From positions 23,932,001 through 23,996,000 of the forward strand of contig NC_043009.1 of NCBI RefSeq assembly GCF_006345805.1: a stretch of DNA of 64,000 nucleotides, in the 5' to 3' direction. Shown in pieces: positions 1 through 11,604 of the stretch. The DNA is from Octopus sinensis (Eukaryota). Positions within the stretch are counted from its first letter, which is position 1. Every line of letters starts with the position of its first letter. Under the pieces are notes generated by a model. That model worked only from the letters and a program-made list of their open reading frames with translations, had not been told where the DNA came from and did no database searches. A program made the translations under genes and the position numbers.

Positions 1-105
1 GTTGTATTTATCGTATAGCTCCTCAGTAAGTCTTAATTTTCTGCAGAATTCTGCGATGTCTTCTTTCATTTCGTTGTAGTTGGGGTGTTGTGGGGTGGGT
101 GTAAA
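1..105 (-). mobile_element. Penelope-like element ORF N-terminal fragment
   Basis: The minus strand reads FTPTPQHPNYNEMKEDIAEFCRKLRLTEELYD, resembling the PTP...D..F.RKLRL.E motif at the N-terminus of Penelope-like ORFs; it is cut at about 106. Confidence 0.55.
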
Positions 106-238
106 CTAATCATTAATTAGTAACCTATCCTAAACTTGAATACAATAAACTGTTTGTTTTGACGTTCACTTCCTTATTGCTTTCTTTTAATTGGCTCATC
201 TTAGAAACAACAACTTATATCCTGATCATGGTGAATCT

Positions 239-246
239 TATAAATA
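239..246 (+). promoter_or_regulatory. TATA box of gene A
   Basis: TATAAATA 129 nt upstream of the ATG; the same motif sits at a similar distance in gene B (19674) and gene D (51152). Confidence 0.55.
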
Positions 247-367
247 CAGAAAATTCCGTCGGGTTGTTGTCAATTCACTTCCATTTTGCCGTAATTTCTT
301 TCTCATTAGCGAACGATCTCGTGTCGAATTTTGAGCAGAGAAGAAAAAAATTAAGACCAACGCCATA

Positions 368-464
368 ATGAAGATGAATACAGTCTTTTACTTAACCTTG
401 ATAGCCCTGATGTTCGGTCTGGGGACATGTGCCGTGGTGAATATGGAGCCGAAGATGAATAAAG
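368..464 (+). CDS. Gene A exon 1, signal peptide of an uncharacterised secreted Cys-containing protein (245 aa spliced)
   Basis: [32 protein letters not shown] has a hydrophobic core and ends AAAG|gtaag (phase 1). It joins 3540..3752, 7098..7181 and 10053..10396 into a 738-nt stop-free ORF. Confidence 0.85.
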
Positions 465-639
465 GTAAGCACTCCTTTAGTCCAGTACAGTATAGATCAT
501 ATACGATATATATATATATATATATGCACATATATGCACACACATACATATACATGTGTGTGCATGTATACATATACATACACAATTATATATACATACA
601 CGTGTATACATACATAAACATGTGTGTATATATATAATC

Positions 640-2054
640 AAAATAAGCAACAAGAATGACTCCGGTAATTTGGTACGATCGTTTCGTACTACATCATTTT
701 ATTAAATGTTGTAAGCATTACAACAGATTTAAAATGCTGAGCACTCATCAGCCAATTATAGAGGTTTTCCATTAATAAAAAAAATTTCATATCAAGTGGC
801 AACATTATAGAGAAGGTAGATATATAGACAAAGATGTGGATTCAAATTTTATGAACATTTGAGGTAGTGGAGGCCATCAACTGACTGACTAAGATTCAGT
901 TGTTCCAGACTACTGTAAGGTTCTGAGAGGGAAGGACAAATGAAAGGAGACAATAAAGATTTTCTAATTATAGGAATGGGGTAAAGGGGATGTCAGAGCT
1001 CCATATAAGGAATTTATGTAGAAAACAGCATTGTCACAACGATTTGATGAACAGATTCGGCGTTAGGAGAACTAGGTCAATGTCAAGTGGTCACAATAAC
1101 ATTCATAGAGAATGCAGAGACCGTACAAACCCTATGCACATCATCACAACAGTTGGTCAATAAGTTTCAAGTACTTTGACACGATAGAAAAAAGGAAAAA
1201 AAAATATAAATCTAAAATTTATTCAATTTGGAGAAAAAGACTATTACTTATTATGAGTAGGCGTAGTACATTTTAACTGGGGGAAAAGCCTTATTAATCA
1301 AGTGAACATATTAGGGGTCAAAATACATACTAATAAAAATGGAAGTCAGAAAATCAAAAAGGAAGATACTCATAGGTTTAGTAGAAGTTGATATTTTATA
1401 ATATGAAGAGAGGTAATTTAGAAGAGTAAATTATTCAAATTTCATGGATAGTGAGTTGATATTAATGAATTAAAATATAGGATCTGTTGGAAATAAAATT
1501 TACTACCTGCGGATAAAAGTTAATTAGTTAGGTAAAAATATCTCAGGTTAATTATATATTAAGAAATGGGAGTGAAACAATCAAGATGAACTAAATAGTT
1601 TCCCTAAGGACATAGGATTAATACTACTTAGTACTGGAGAACATTATAAGAAAGAGGAATTTAATTCTAAGTTTGCAATGAAGTTTTTTAATCATCTATG
1701 AGTGTTAAACTAAAACCAGTATGGTATATTCGTTCCTATTTGGTTAAATATATTTTGTAAATATATCTTAGACTAATTATATATTAAGGAATGGAAGTGA
1801 GATAATCAAGGTGAACCGAGTAGTTTCTTTACGGACATAGGATTCATACTATTTAGTATTCCTACTATTTGGGATTCATACAGTTTAATTTTAGAAAAAA
1901 GAAGAATTCAATTTTAAGTTTGCAGTGAAGATTTTATTTTTATTAATGTTTATTTTTATGAAAAACCACACGGATTTTTATGGATAACACCATACAGAAT
2001 ACTGGAGCATCTAAATTAAGTACCATATTCATTTGAATCTAAATTTTCGCTGAA

Positions 2055-2060
<6 letters not shown>
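640..2060. repeat. Unclassified degenerate repeat in gene A intron 1, with an internal ~230-bp diverged tandem duplication
   Basis: Blocks shared with 9400..9880 (e.g. ctggagcatctaaattaagtaccatattcatttgaatct); 1545..1690 resembles 1775..1930; absent from the homologous intron of gene B. Confidence 0.4.
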
Positions 2061-2144
<84 letters not shown>

Positions 2145-2489
2145 ATATATATATATATATTATATATATATATATATGCAAACACAATCACACACACACA
2201 TACATACATATATATTATTGTGTCTGGAGAGGATCATTCTCTTTTAGTACCTTATTATTTGACACACTCACCGGTTCGATTTCCTTTCATTTATATATTT
2301 TTTGTAAAAATCTTCGTTGCTTCTTGCAAGGCGTAACGAAAATTTTAGAAAGGATAAATAAGCAAATGAATAGAAATCGAACCGATGAGTGTGTTAAATG
2401 ATAAGGAACTAAAAGAGATTGATCCACAATTAAATACGCTTCAACACACGAATTTACATAAAGAATCTTGCGAACTAAATACAAAAACG

Positions 2490-2520
<31 letters not shown>

Positions 2521-2529
2521 AATATATAC

Positions 2530-2893
2530 TCTTTACTCTTTTACTTTTTTACTTGTTTTAGTCATTTGACTGAGGCCATGCTGGAGCACCGCCTTTAGTC
2601 GAGCAAATCCCCAGGACTTATTCTTTGTAAGCTTAGTACTTACGCTATCGGTCTGTCTTGCCGAACCGCTAATTGACGGGGTCCTAAACACATCAGCATC
2701 AGTTGTCAACACACACACACACACACATATATATACGACGGGTTTCTTTCAGTTTCCATCTACGAAATCCACTCACAGGCTTTGGTCGGCCCGAGGCTAT
2801 AGTAAAAGACACTTGCCTAGATGCCAAGTAGTGGGACTGAACCCGGAACCATGTGGTTGGTAAGCAAGCTACTTACCACGCAGCCACTCCTGC
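2530..2893 (-). mobile_element. tRNA-derived SINE family 1
   Basis: Head GGAGTGGCTGCGTGGTAAG...GGTTCAGTCCC (A/B-box-like), central (TA/CA)n and a GTAAAAGA tail; about ten copies in the window. Confidence 0.8.
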
Positions 2894-2907
2894 ATGTATA
2901 TATATAT

Positions 2908-2949
<42 letters not shown>

Positions 2950-2969
2950 TACATCTATATATTGAGAAT

Positions 2970-3110
2970 TTACAAAAACAAAACAAAACAAACGACAACA
3001 AACATATGTACTCGTTTAACGTTCGGGAGGTGAGAAAGTCTTTTACATTTCGAGCCTACGCTCTTCGACAGAAAGGAACACAGACAGAAACAGGGTGTTA
3101 AAGTAGAAAA
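2970..3110 (-). mobile_element. Penelope pLTR fragment with degenerate hammerhead motif (3040..3075)
   Basis: Minus strand CTTT-CTGTCGA-A-GAGC-GTAG-GCTC-GAAA-TG-TA-AAAG; same family as 8680..8800 and 60300..60520. Confidence 0.55.
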
Positions 3111-3167
3111 AAGGTTTAGTGGCTAGCGATCTATCATGGCAAAATACATACACACACACACACATAC

Positions 3168-3223
<56 letters not shown>

Positions 3224-3539
3224 ATATATATATATATATAAATAGTATAGACACCAGTAGATATGATTAACCTTTAGAGGTTGGCATAACACATAACTAT
3301 AGACGAGCTTCCTCACATAATTTACAATAGTGTTAACAACGAAGGTAAACAATTAGCCAACGGTCTACGTATAGCCGACAGGTTGGAAAGGTTGCATAAG
3401 AGAAATGCCTTTATCTCTACCCAATAAAAGGCCAATCATATATGAACGTATGTGACTATCGCAATACGCATACATCCATCGCATGATATATCGCCATACT
3501 TGAATAGTTAATTCGCTTTTTTTTGTATTAAATTTACAG

Positions 3540-3752
3540 GTGATAGCACTTATGAAAGAGCTCTTGTAGAGAAACTGATGGAAAAGATTCAGTTTGATCG
3601 AATGCTCGAGAATAATGATATCGAACCTCAGAATGAAATACTGGTCACTGAACTTGCTGAAAATCGTGAGTTGGAAGATCTTAAAGTTATGAAATGTTCT
3701 TGGAATCAGAATATAGGGGAATGCTGTGTTGTGCTGTTTAGACCCCCTCGAT
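3540..3752 (+). CDS. Gene A exon 2 (acidic spacer and start of Cys core)
   Basis: ttacag|GT...CGAT|gtaagt, 213 nt, phase 1-1; DSTYERALVEKLMEKIQFDRMLENNDIEPQNEILVTELAENRELEDLKVMKCSWNQNIGECCVVLFRPPR; paralog at 56571..56783. Confidence 0.88.
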
Positions 3753-4446
3753 GTAAGTATTGTTTGTTTATTTGCCCTTCTTTCAATTTATTTGAAATAT
3801 ATAAATTCAGTGTGTGGAAAAGATCGTAAGTTTGAACGATAAGGTATGACTGTTCGGTAATGTAAAACTCAAAAGACAATGACTAAAATCTCATGGCAAA
3901 TTGCCTGAGCTGATAGAGCGTCAGACGTAATGTCGCGTGATATTTGTTGCCCAACTCTGAGTTCTGAGTTCAAATCCCAACCAAGATCAAATTTGAATTT
4001 CGTCCTTTCATGGTCGATAAAGTATAACCAACCCACAGCGGTCAACTTATGGAACAGAAAATATATCACAACAGATACCTATTGTTATATGATCCATCCC
4101 TTTGCGTTCTGAGTTCAAATCCGACCATGGCCTGATTGCAATGAATACTGTGAGCTACTTGAAGTTTCATGCACGGATAGCACAATAATTGGATGGGCTG
4201 TATGGCAAAGCGTGCAGTGATCTGCCAATTTTTCAGTTCCAAACTCATGTCGCTCACGTTAATTTCTGTAGTCATCCAAAATATATATAGGTCTCTCTCT
4301 CTTTGTTTCTGTCTGTCTGTCTCTCATTCTCTCTCACTTTCTCTCATTCTCTCTCTCTCTCATTCTCTCTCTTGTTATATATACATATACATATTTTAAT
4401 CTATAAAACAGAGTTAGTGTCTGTTAGTGTGTGTGCGTGCGTATGT

Positions 4447-4478
<32 letters not shown>

Positions 4479-4499
4479 TGTGGTCAATGAGGAAAAGTG

Positions 4500-4760
4500 A
4501 CGAGATACTAATAGTAAATGCCACACTTGGATGTATTAGCACTCAAAAACCAACTATGACTAAAAAATATTGGTATAAATGTAAGTAGAAAATACCTACA
4601 AAAATTTACATTGCTTGGAACTGCAAGAATTTTTCGCAGGGTTCTTGAAGCATGACCTGGAAGTAAGTGTCACCTTAGTCTTCTGGTTGTGGACAGCTGA
4701 CATGTTTCCTCATACTAAGCAAAATAAACTGAGAGATTTCATCATATACTAATAAGAAGT
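4500..4760 (+). mobile_element. 3' end of an R4/RLE-type non-LTR element
   Basis: Reads LQKFTLLGTARIFRRVLEA*, the QK..LLGTARI.R.VL C-terminal motif of restriction-like endonuclease LINEs. Confidence 0.55.
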
Positions 4761-4799
4761 GCTGCACGGTAACTTAGATAACTTAGATATGTTTCGACC

Positions 4800-6830
4800 A
4801 AAGATTGGTCCAGGCCATGTCTATCTTATTAGCACCACCTGATAGGATTATTCGAATCCTGTTTAAGTCAAGTTTTGTTCAATTAGTGAGTTCTTGTTGG
4901 GTGAGTTATATCCAGTTTTCTTCAAGTAGTGAGTTCTTGTTGGGTGAGTTGTATCCAATTATGGGTGGCTTATCTGGTATTCTTTGAAGGAATCTATCCA
5001 GACTCCGTTTAAAGTTGATGGGATCCTTTCCTCTTTGATCTCCCTCGGGACAATGTTAAATAGGGCAGGGCCTGTTGAGGAAAAGAAATTATGTTGCATT
5101 GTACATGCATGTTGTGATCATGAATTGGGCAGGGGGCGTGTGGCCCGTGGTCCCAGTCTTGGATGAACCTTGAAGCTAATGTTAAGGTCGTTTGGGCAAA
5201 GTTGGCGGTATATTCTCCACGTCGTACAAATGATGTACCGCTCACGGAAAGGTCGTTTATGTAAATTATGAAGAGTAGCGGACCTAAAACAGTCCCCTGG
5301 GGAACACCGCTGGTGACTTTCGCTGGGCTTGAGTGGGCTCCATCAACTACAACATGTTGTGTTCTATTCGCCAGGAAATACTTAATCCAGTGTAGAACTT
5401 TTCCACGGATTCTAACATTTTCCAATTTTGAGAGTAGGATATTATGGTCTACCCTGTCGAACGCTTTACTGAAGTCAAGATATATGACGTCAGAGTTCGA
5501 ACCTGTTCCCAAGGCTTTGAGTACATCTTCAATGTGGTGTAAGAGCTGTGTTAGACAGTCCCTGCCACAGCGAAAGCCATGCTGATTTGCATTTAGGAGT
5601 TTGTGGGTCTCCAGGAACTCAGCTATCCTTGATCTTAACACTCTTTCAAACACTTTAATGATGTGGGAGGTGAGTGAGATTGGGCGATAGTTGACTGCGA
5701 GGGATCTGTTTCCCTGTTTGAAAACCGGGATGACCGACTGGGATAGAAACTGTTTCGGTATATAACCTGCGTCTAACGAATTTCTCCAGAGGTTGGTCAG
5801 AGGGACTGCAAGTTGGTGTCTACATTCCTTCAGGAGACTAGCGGGGAATCTATCAGGGCCTACGGCAGAGTAGTATTTGACCTCATTTATTGCTGCAACG
5901 ATGTCAGTGGCAGTGAAGGTTACGTCTGAGATTTTATGTTGGGAGTCAACTTCGTTCGTTTCTCTTACGTCAATATCAGTGGGAACACTAAAGACAGAGC
6001 AGTATTGTTTCTGCAGTATTTCTGCCATTTCTTTAGCATCGCGTTGGGGAATGCCGTTATCATCAATCAATGGCCCAATGGGTGAGACGGTGGTTCTATG
6101 CTTATTTGCATAATAATAGAACACTTTTGGGTTCTGTTTGATGTTTTTGATTACCCACTGTTCCTCCACAGCTCTTTGATTTTCAATGGAGGTTTTCATG
6201 TTGGTCTGCGGATGAAGTTTTTCCAGCTCTAGTCTTTTCATTGTTGTTGAATGTGGATATTGTGTGTGGGAATATTTTAATTGGTTGATTTTTTTGTTGA
6301 GTCTTTTGATGAGCCTGATGAGTGTTTTTTTCTTTTTAGGGAGCCGGTTTCTGTTTGTGCTAGTAGATTTCGTGGGAGCGTGTTTAGAGCATGTATAGGT
6401 GACAATGTTTTCAAAGTGCTGCCACGCGGTCTCAATATGAGAGGAATTGAGAGTAAAAGACCAGTCGATGGAAGACAGATCCTTTCTGATTGCTCCCCAG
6501 TCCGCTTTGTGGAAGTTTATGTTGCCAAGTGAGTGCCATGCAGTGGGATTGGCTGGTTTGGTTTTTATATATCGGGAATTAAAATTGCAGAGTACCATGT
6601 CGTGATCTGAGAGGAGAGTTTTTCGACTGAAATACTGTGAACGTAGTTAGAGTGATTGGTCAATACCAGATCCAAGATCGTTTTATTCTGCCTCGTTGGT
6701 TCGAGCACTAGCTGAGTCAGTAGACTAGCTGAGTCGGTAGAAGCACTAAAATATGAAATTGTACGAATGCGGGCCGTAAACAGACTAACTCTCATCCCAG
6801 TTGTTGGAGAGGCATTGGGAGTATTATCAA
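4800..6830 (-). mobile_element. CR1/Jockey-group LINE with truncated APE, RT and an internal deletion
   Basis: ORF 5009..6598 has NYRPISLTS, QHGFR, YLDFSKAFDRV and SGVPQGTVLGPLLFIIYINDL, but no YADD follows. An APE remnant (EPTRQNKTILDLVLTN) lies upstream and a C-terminal GPALFNIVPREIK...FKRSLDRFL lies in another frame. Confidence 0.85.
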
Positions 6831-7010
6831 TTTGAGCAATTTGTTGGAGAAAGTGGATTGAGGAGAAGAGGGTAGGACATGTTCAGAAAACTGCACTATT
6901 GGGTACAGCGTTGATTTGTGATTTGTACTTGAATGATAAATATTGTGAAAAGAAACACTGACAATAGCTTGTCGTCTGCTCTTAAAAAATTAGCTGCATC
7001 AGCTGAAATC
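6795..7010 (+). mobile_element. Old R4/RLE-type LINE 3' remnant shared with gene D intron 2
   Basis: HVQKTALLGT motif; homologous to 58790..59050, and both sit just upstream of exon 3. Confidence 0.5.
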
Positions 7011-7097
7011 TATGAATCTGAGGAGTGAAATGATATTAATAATATTAATCTCGATTAAGGAAAAAATATAAAGAGAATAATTATTTTCCTTTTTCAG

Positions 7098-7181
7098 TAT
7101 GTATTCGAATGAAACTTTTAAACAAAGAATTGCAGTTGACATTAAGAATCGGTTCTAAAGTGATGCTGAGGCAAACTTTCG
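7098..7181 (+). CDS. Gene A exon 3
   Basis: ttttcag|TA...TTCG|gtgagt, 84 nt; LCIRMKLLNKELQLTLRIGSKVMLRQTF; paralog at 59147..59230. Confidence 0.85.
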
Positions 7182-7215
7182 GTGAGTATCTTGTATTATT
7201 AACACATGTGATATA

Positions 7216-7216
<1 letters not shown>

Positions 7217-7306
<90 letters not shown>
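7217..7306. repeat. (TCTA)n microsatellite
   Basis: Direct inspection. Confidence 0.95.
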
Positions 7307-7310
<4 letters not shown>

Positions 7311-8128
7311 CTCTCCCCTTTTCTCCCCCCCCCCTTTTTAAAAATCCTCCCCTTTTTTTTGTCCTCTTTCTTTCCTTTTACGATCCCTTTTGATCGAAAA
7401 CCAACCCCCTTTTTTTACCACCAAAAGAAAAGCTCTACCTTGTAATTTGTTCTGTCTGTGTGCAGCCCTGTGTGGCTAATAAAGAAACATATCTATGCAT
7501 ACATATATACATGCATACATACATACATATATACATGTATACATGCATGCATACCTACATACATACATATGCATATACACTGACTCAAACAAATGCATAC
7601 AAATCTATATACACTTTTTCATATGTATACATAACCATTTGTGTTCATGTGTGAGTGTGTGAATGAGTGCGCGCGCATACGCTTGTTTGCATTTTTTAGA
7701 TCCTGTTTACAAAAAAAATTCTTCGAAACATTTTTTGTGGATACGACGATATGATATTCGAGCGAGCACCATCGATTGGTAATTCTCGTTATCGCTTGTG
7801 TGCTTATGTACTAATGTCTTCAGTTTAACCATTCTTAGTACTTTACACTTCGGAAAATTCGATATAAGAGAAATAATTAATAGTTTAACGAAAACAGATA
7901 ATACACATAGAGTATTTACTTTTTCAATCATTGTGTTGCCATATTAACACCATTTTGTCTACGTAACGTTTTAGCTACTAGCAAATGACTGATACGTCAC
8001 GTTGGCAAAAAGACCAGAAAACACAATGCTTAAAAATGCGAATATTCTATGTATTCGCTGTCTTTTTAAAATTATATATATATATATATATATATAGAAT
8101 ATTAGTGTATAGGACATTTATGATAGTA

Positions 8129-8176
<48 letters not shown>

Positions 8177-8524
8177 AATATATAGAAATAAATATTATAG
8201 TTCACATAATATTTATACATATTTTATGTGAATTGTAATATAGTCTAAATTCGTTTTGGTATTTAATTTCATTTATATACTTATATTTGCACATGCGAAA
8301 CTGATAAGGGAAAAACAATTTTACGATAAGACTTTGCAGTATTGTTTTTTATTAAAATACCAGCGTGTTCAGAGCGATACCATTAAATGCAGTTCGCCTG
8401 CATACTTTCAGTGTTTCTGATTTTCACTCTCACCCACTCCGTTTGTTTTTTTTATTCTGCTTGACGAAACACATTGTGTTTTATTATGTAAATATAAACA
8501 TACAGACACAGAAACAGAAACACA

Positions 8525-8569
<45 letters not shown>

Positions 8570-8679
8570 ACACACACACACACACACATATACATATATA
8601 CTCATACATACATACATAGATATGTATAAATATATAAATATATATAGTTGGTTTTACAAAAAAACAAAACAAAAGCCGA

Positions 8680-8803
8680 AGACGGGTGTGTAAACAACAA
8701 ACAGATGTATTAGTTTAACGCTCGGGAATTGAAAAAGTCTTTTACGTTTCGAGTCAGCGCTCTTCGTCAGAAAGGAACGTTGACTCGAAACGTAAAAGAC
8801 TTT

Positions 8804-8805
<2 letters not shown>
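8680..8805 (-). mobile_element. Penelope pLTR fragment with minimal hammerhead (8739..8774) and a short inverted repeat
   Basis: Minus strand CTTT-CTGACGA-A-GAG-cgctga-CTC-GAAA-CG-TA-AAAG; inverted repeat aaaagtcttttacgtttcgagtc / gactcgaaacgtaaaagactttt. Confidence 0.6.
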
Positions 8806-8840
<35 letters not shown>

Positions 8841-8992
8841 GTGTGTGTGTGTGTGTCCTTATATATATATACAAGTGCATAGAATATTAGTGTATAGGAC
8901 ATTTATGATAGTATACATACATACATACATACATACATACATGCATATATATATATATATTTGTATTGATATATATATTCATATTCATGATA

Positions 8993-9057
<65 letters not shown>

Positions 9058-9234
9058 GATATATAGTATATATATATGCGTGTGTAAAATTAGTGTACAT
9101 TTAGATACAAAAGACCCGACCCTCAACAGGCAGCCCTACACACTAAAAGGTGCAGTCAGAACGACCAAAACGACATTTAAGAGCATTTTCGGAGGGAATA
9201 TATATGTACACACACACATATATAAATTATTATG

Positions 9235-9332
<98 letters not shown>

Positions 9333-9885
9333 GTACCAAGAAAAAGCAACAAGAATGGATCGGTAGTTTAGTACAATTGTTTCATACTATAAACATTTTA
9401 TCTTAAAGCTGCAAATATTACAGCAAATATAACGTCAAGTATTCATCAGCTAAATCACATATAGGTTTTCCAAACATCTTAGAGAGTGTAAATATCCTTA
9501 TGAAGTTATATGAGTGAGTTCCATGAATTTGAAGTAAGATTCCAAGCAGACTATATATGTGTTCCAACAATAGAAAGTTTTTAAATTGATTATCAAAATC
9601 CCAGAGAAGATAAATCTACTCATAAAGATGTGGATATAAGTTCCAAGAGACATAAGGAAAGATGCTGGTCATACCACGGTTAAGTTCGCATCTAACTGTT
9701 GCAGACAAAATTCTATAGTAGCAAGAAAGACAGCGGGGTAGGTTTAGCTAAAGCAAAGGACAATACTCACCCCACATAATTTTATAGTTAATACCATAAA
9801 GAATTCTGGTGCATCTAAGTTAAGTACCATATTCATTTGAATTCATTTGAATCTTAATTGTTTTGCTGAAATTATATATTTATGT

Positions 9886-9952
<67 letters not shown>

Positions 9953-10052
9953 TATATATAGATATATATATATATATATACACACATACACCCGTATATA
10001 CTCACACACGTATTACATAGTTTTTCTGTTATTACTCTTTTCATATTTGCAG

Positions 10053-10396
10053 GTCTAACTCTTAAAAAAACATTCTATTTCAATTATGGAATTGCTTCAG
10101 TCGCAATAACAATAGATATCGAAACTTTAAGCCTCCATGGCTTTAAAGCTTGCTTCCGTATAAAATATACAGTTCTAGTTTTTCATGCCTTACTTGACCT
10201 CGGTTGTATCAATCATCATTTTGGTGACGACGACATTAGCCTTCTGAACAGTTATGCAGATTGGAATATAAATGATAAAGTTTCTTTTGAGACACCAGTG
10301 TTTGAAGCTGACAAGCCTAAGAGACTGGAATACCTTGGCAATATAAACGGAAACGAAAATTCTCTGATTTGGCCCAAAGACGCCGAGAAGCAGTGA
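10053..10396 (+). CDS. Gene A exon 4 (terminal)
   Basis: ttgcag|GT; LTLKKTFYFNYGIASVAITIDIETLSLHGFKACFRIKYTVLVFHALLDLGCINHHF...NGNENSLIWPKDAEKQ*; paralogous to 30383 and 60591. Confidence 0.85.
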
Positions 10397-10583
10397 GCGA
10401 ATTGAAATATAGTAGTTTCGTTCGTTTGTATAAGGCTCTATACCAATAACAAAATAATAGTAAATTCCATATATAAATAGTAAAATGATAATAAAATACT
10501 TATAGTGATACATATAAAGAAAACAAAAACGATATGAATTTAGGGAATAATGCATGTGACTTTATGGAAACCAATTTGTCTTT

Positions 10584-10589
10584 AATAAA
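10584..10589 (+). terminator. Polyadenylation signal of gene A
   Basis: AATAAA followed by a T/GT-rich tract, in a context conserved downstream of gene B (30956..30961) and gene D (61122..61127). Confidence 0.55.
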
Positions 10590-10675
10590 TAGTTCATTAC
10601 TGTATGTTTTCTCGTTTTGTATATTTGATTTTTATTTCATTCTACAATTTGTTTTCTATTCTACACAGTAAAGGG

Positions 10676-10689
<14 letters not shown>

Positions 10690-10714
<25 letters not shown>

Positions 10715-11075
10715 TATTTGAGACAAAACCACTATTTTGCAAAACAAACAAGGAAAGACATAATCAATACATAAAATTTAATAAATAGTCAAAAAAACCG
10801 CCACTACAATCGTTTCTTGTCTTGATCGACAATCTTCAGGTGGACTTCCAATAATTGTAACTGAATTATTGGAAGTCCACCTGAAGATTGTCGATCAAGA
10901 CAAGAAACGATTGTAGTGGCGGTTTTTTTTGACTATTTATTAATTTTATGTATTGATTATGTCTTTCCTTGTTTGTTTTGCAAAATAGTGGTTTTGTCTC
11001 AAATAATATTTTATAATATTTTACTATAAAATTGGATTTAATCCTAAATCTGATTTTTTTCCCTGTAAATTTGGA
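10690..11075. repeat. Near-perfect ~165-bp-arm hairpin (inverted Penelope pLTRs)
   Basis: 10690..10856 is the reverse complement of 10864..11015 around a short spacer; each arm holds a hammerhead motif. Confidence 0.85.
10877..10919 (+). ncRNA. Minimal type I hammerhead ribozyme motif
   Basis: CCAC-CTGAAGA-TTGTC-gatcaa-GACAA-GAAA-CGATTG-TA-GTGG: stem I 4 bp, stem II 5 bp, self-complementary stem III, GUA triplet; mirror copy on the minus strand at 10802..10844. Confidence 0.75.
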
Positions 11076-11097
11076 TATATTCCCTAATATTTATTAT

Positions 11098-11140
<43 letters not shown>

Positions 11141-11160
11141 ATATATTATATAATATATAT

Positions 11161-11194
<34 letters not shown>

Positions 11195-11216
11195 TAACAA
11201 TGACATTGTATTACAC

Positions 11217-11604
11217 AGGTGTGAGTGTGTGATAAGAAACTTGCTTCCCAATCACATGCTTCTAGGTTCAATCCCGCTACGTGCCACTGTGGGCAAGTTT
11301 CTTCTATTATAGCCTCATGCCGACCAAAGCGTTCTGAGAGGATTTAATAGACGGAAACTGAAAGCAAGCCCGAGTTATATATACGTGTATGTGTGTTTAA
11401 GTCTGTGTCTGTCTCCCATTACCGCTTGGTACCGATGTTGATGTGTTTTCGTCTCCGTAACCTAGTGGTTCGGCAAAAGACACTGGTAGAATAAGTACCA
11501 GGCTTTAAAAACAAGTCCCAGGGCTTATTTATTCCACAAATATTGTTCAAGGCGACGCCCAGGCATGGCCGTTGTCCAATGAGTAAATCAAGTAAAAGAT
11601 AAAA
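11217..11604 (+). mobile_element. tRNA-derived SINE family 1 (diverged)
   Basis: Same head, GGGCAAG core and GTAAAAGA tail. Confidence 0.7.

Noticed and set aside
3540-10396. Assigning a gene symbol or firm domain (DUF4773, cephalotoxin, known antimicrobial peptide)
   Set aside because: The resemblance is limited to partial Cys spacing and precursor layout and cannot be supported without a profile or structure search.
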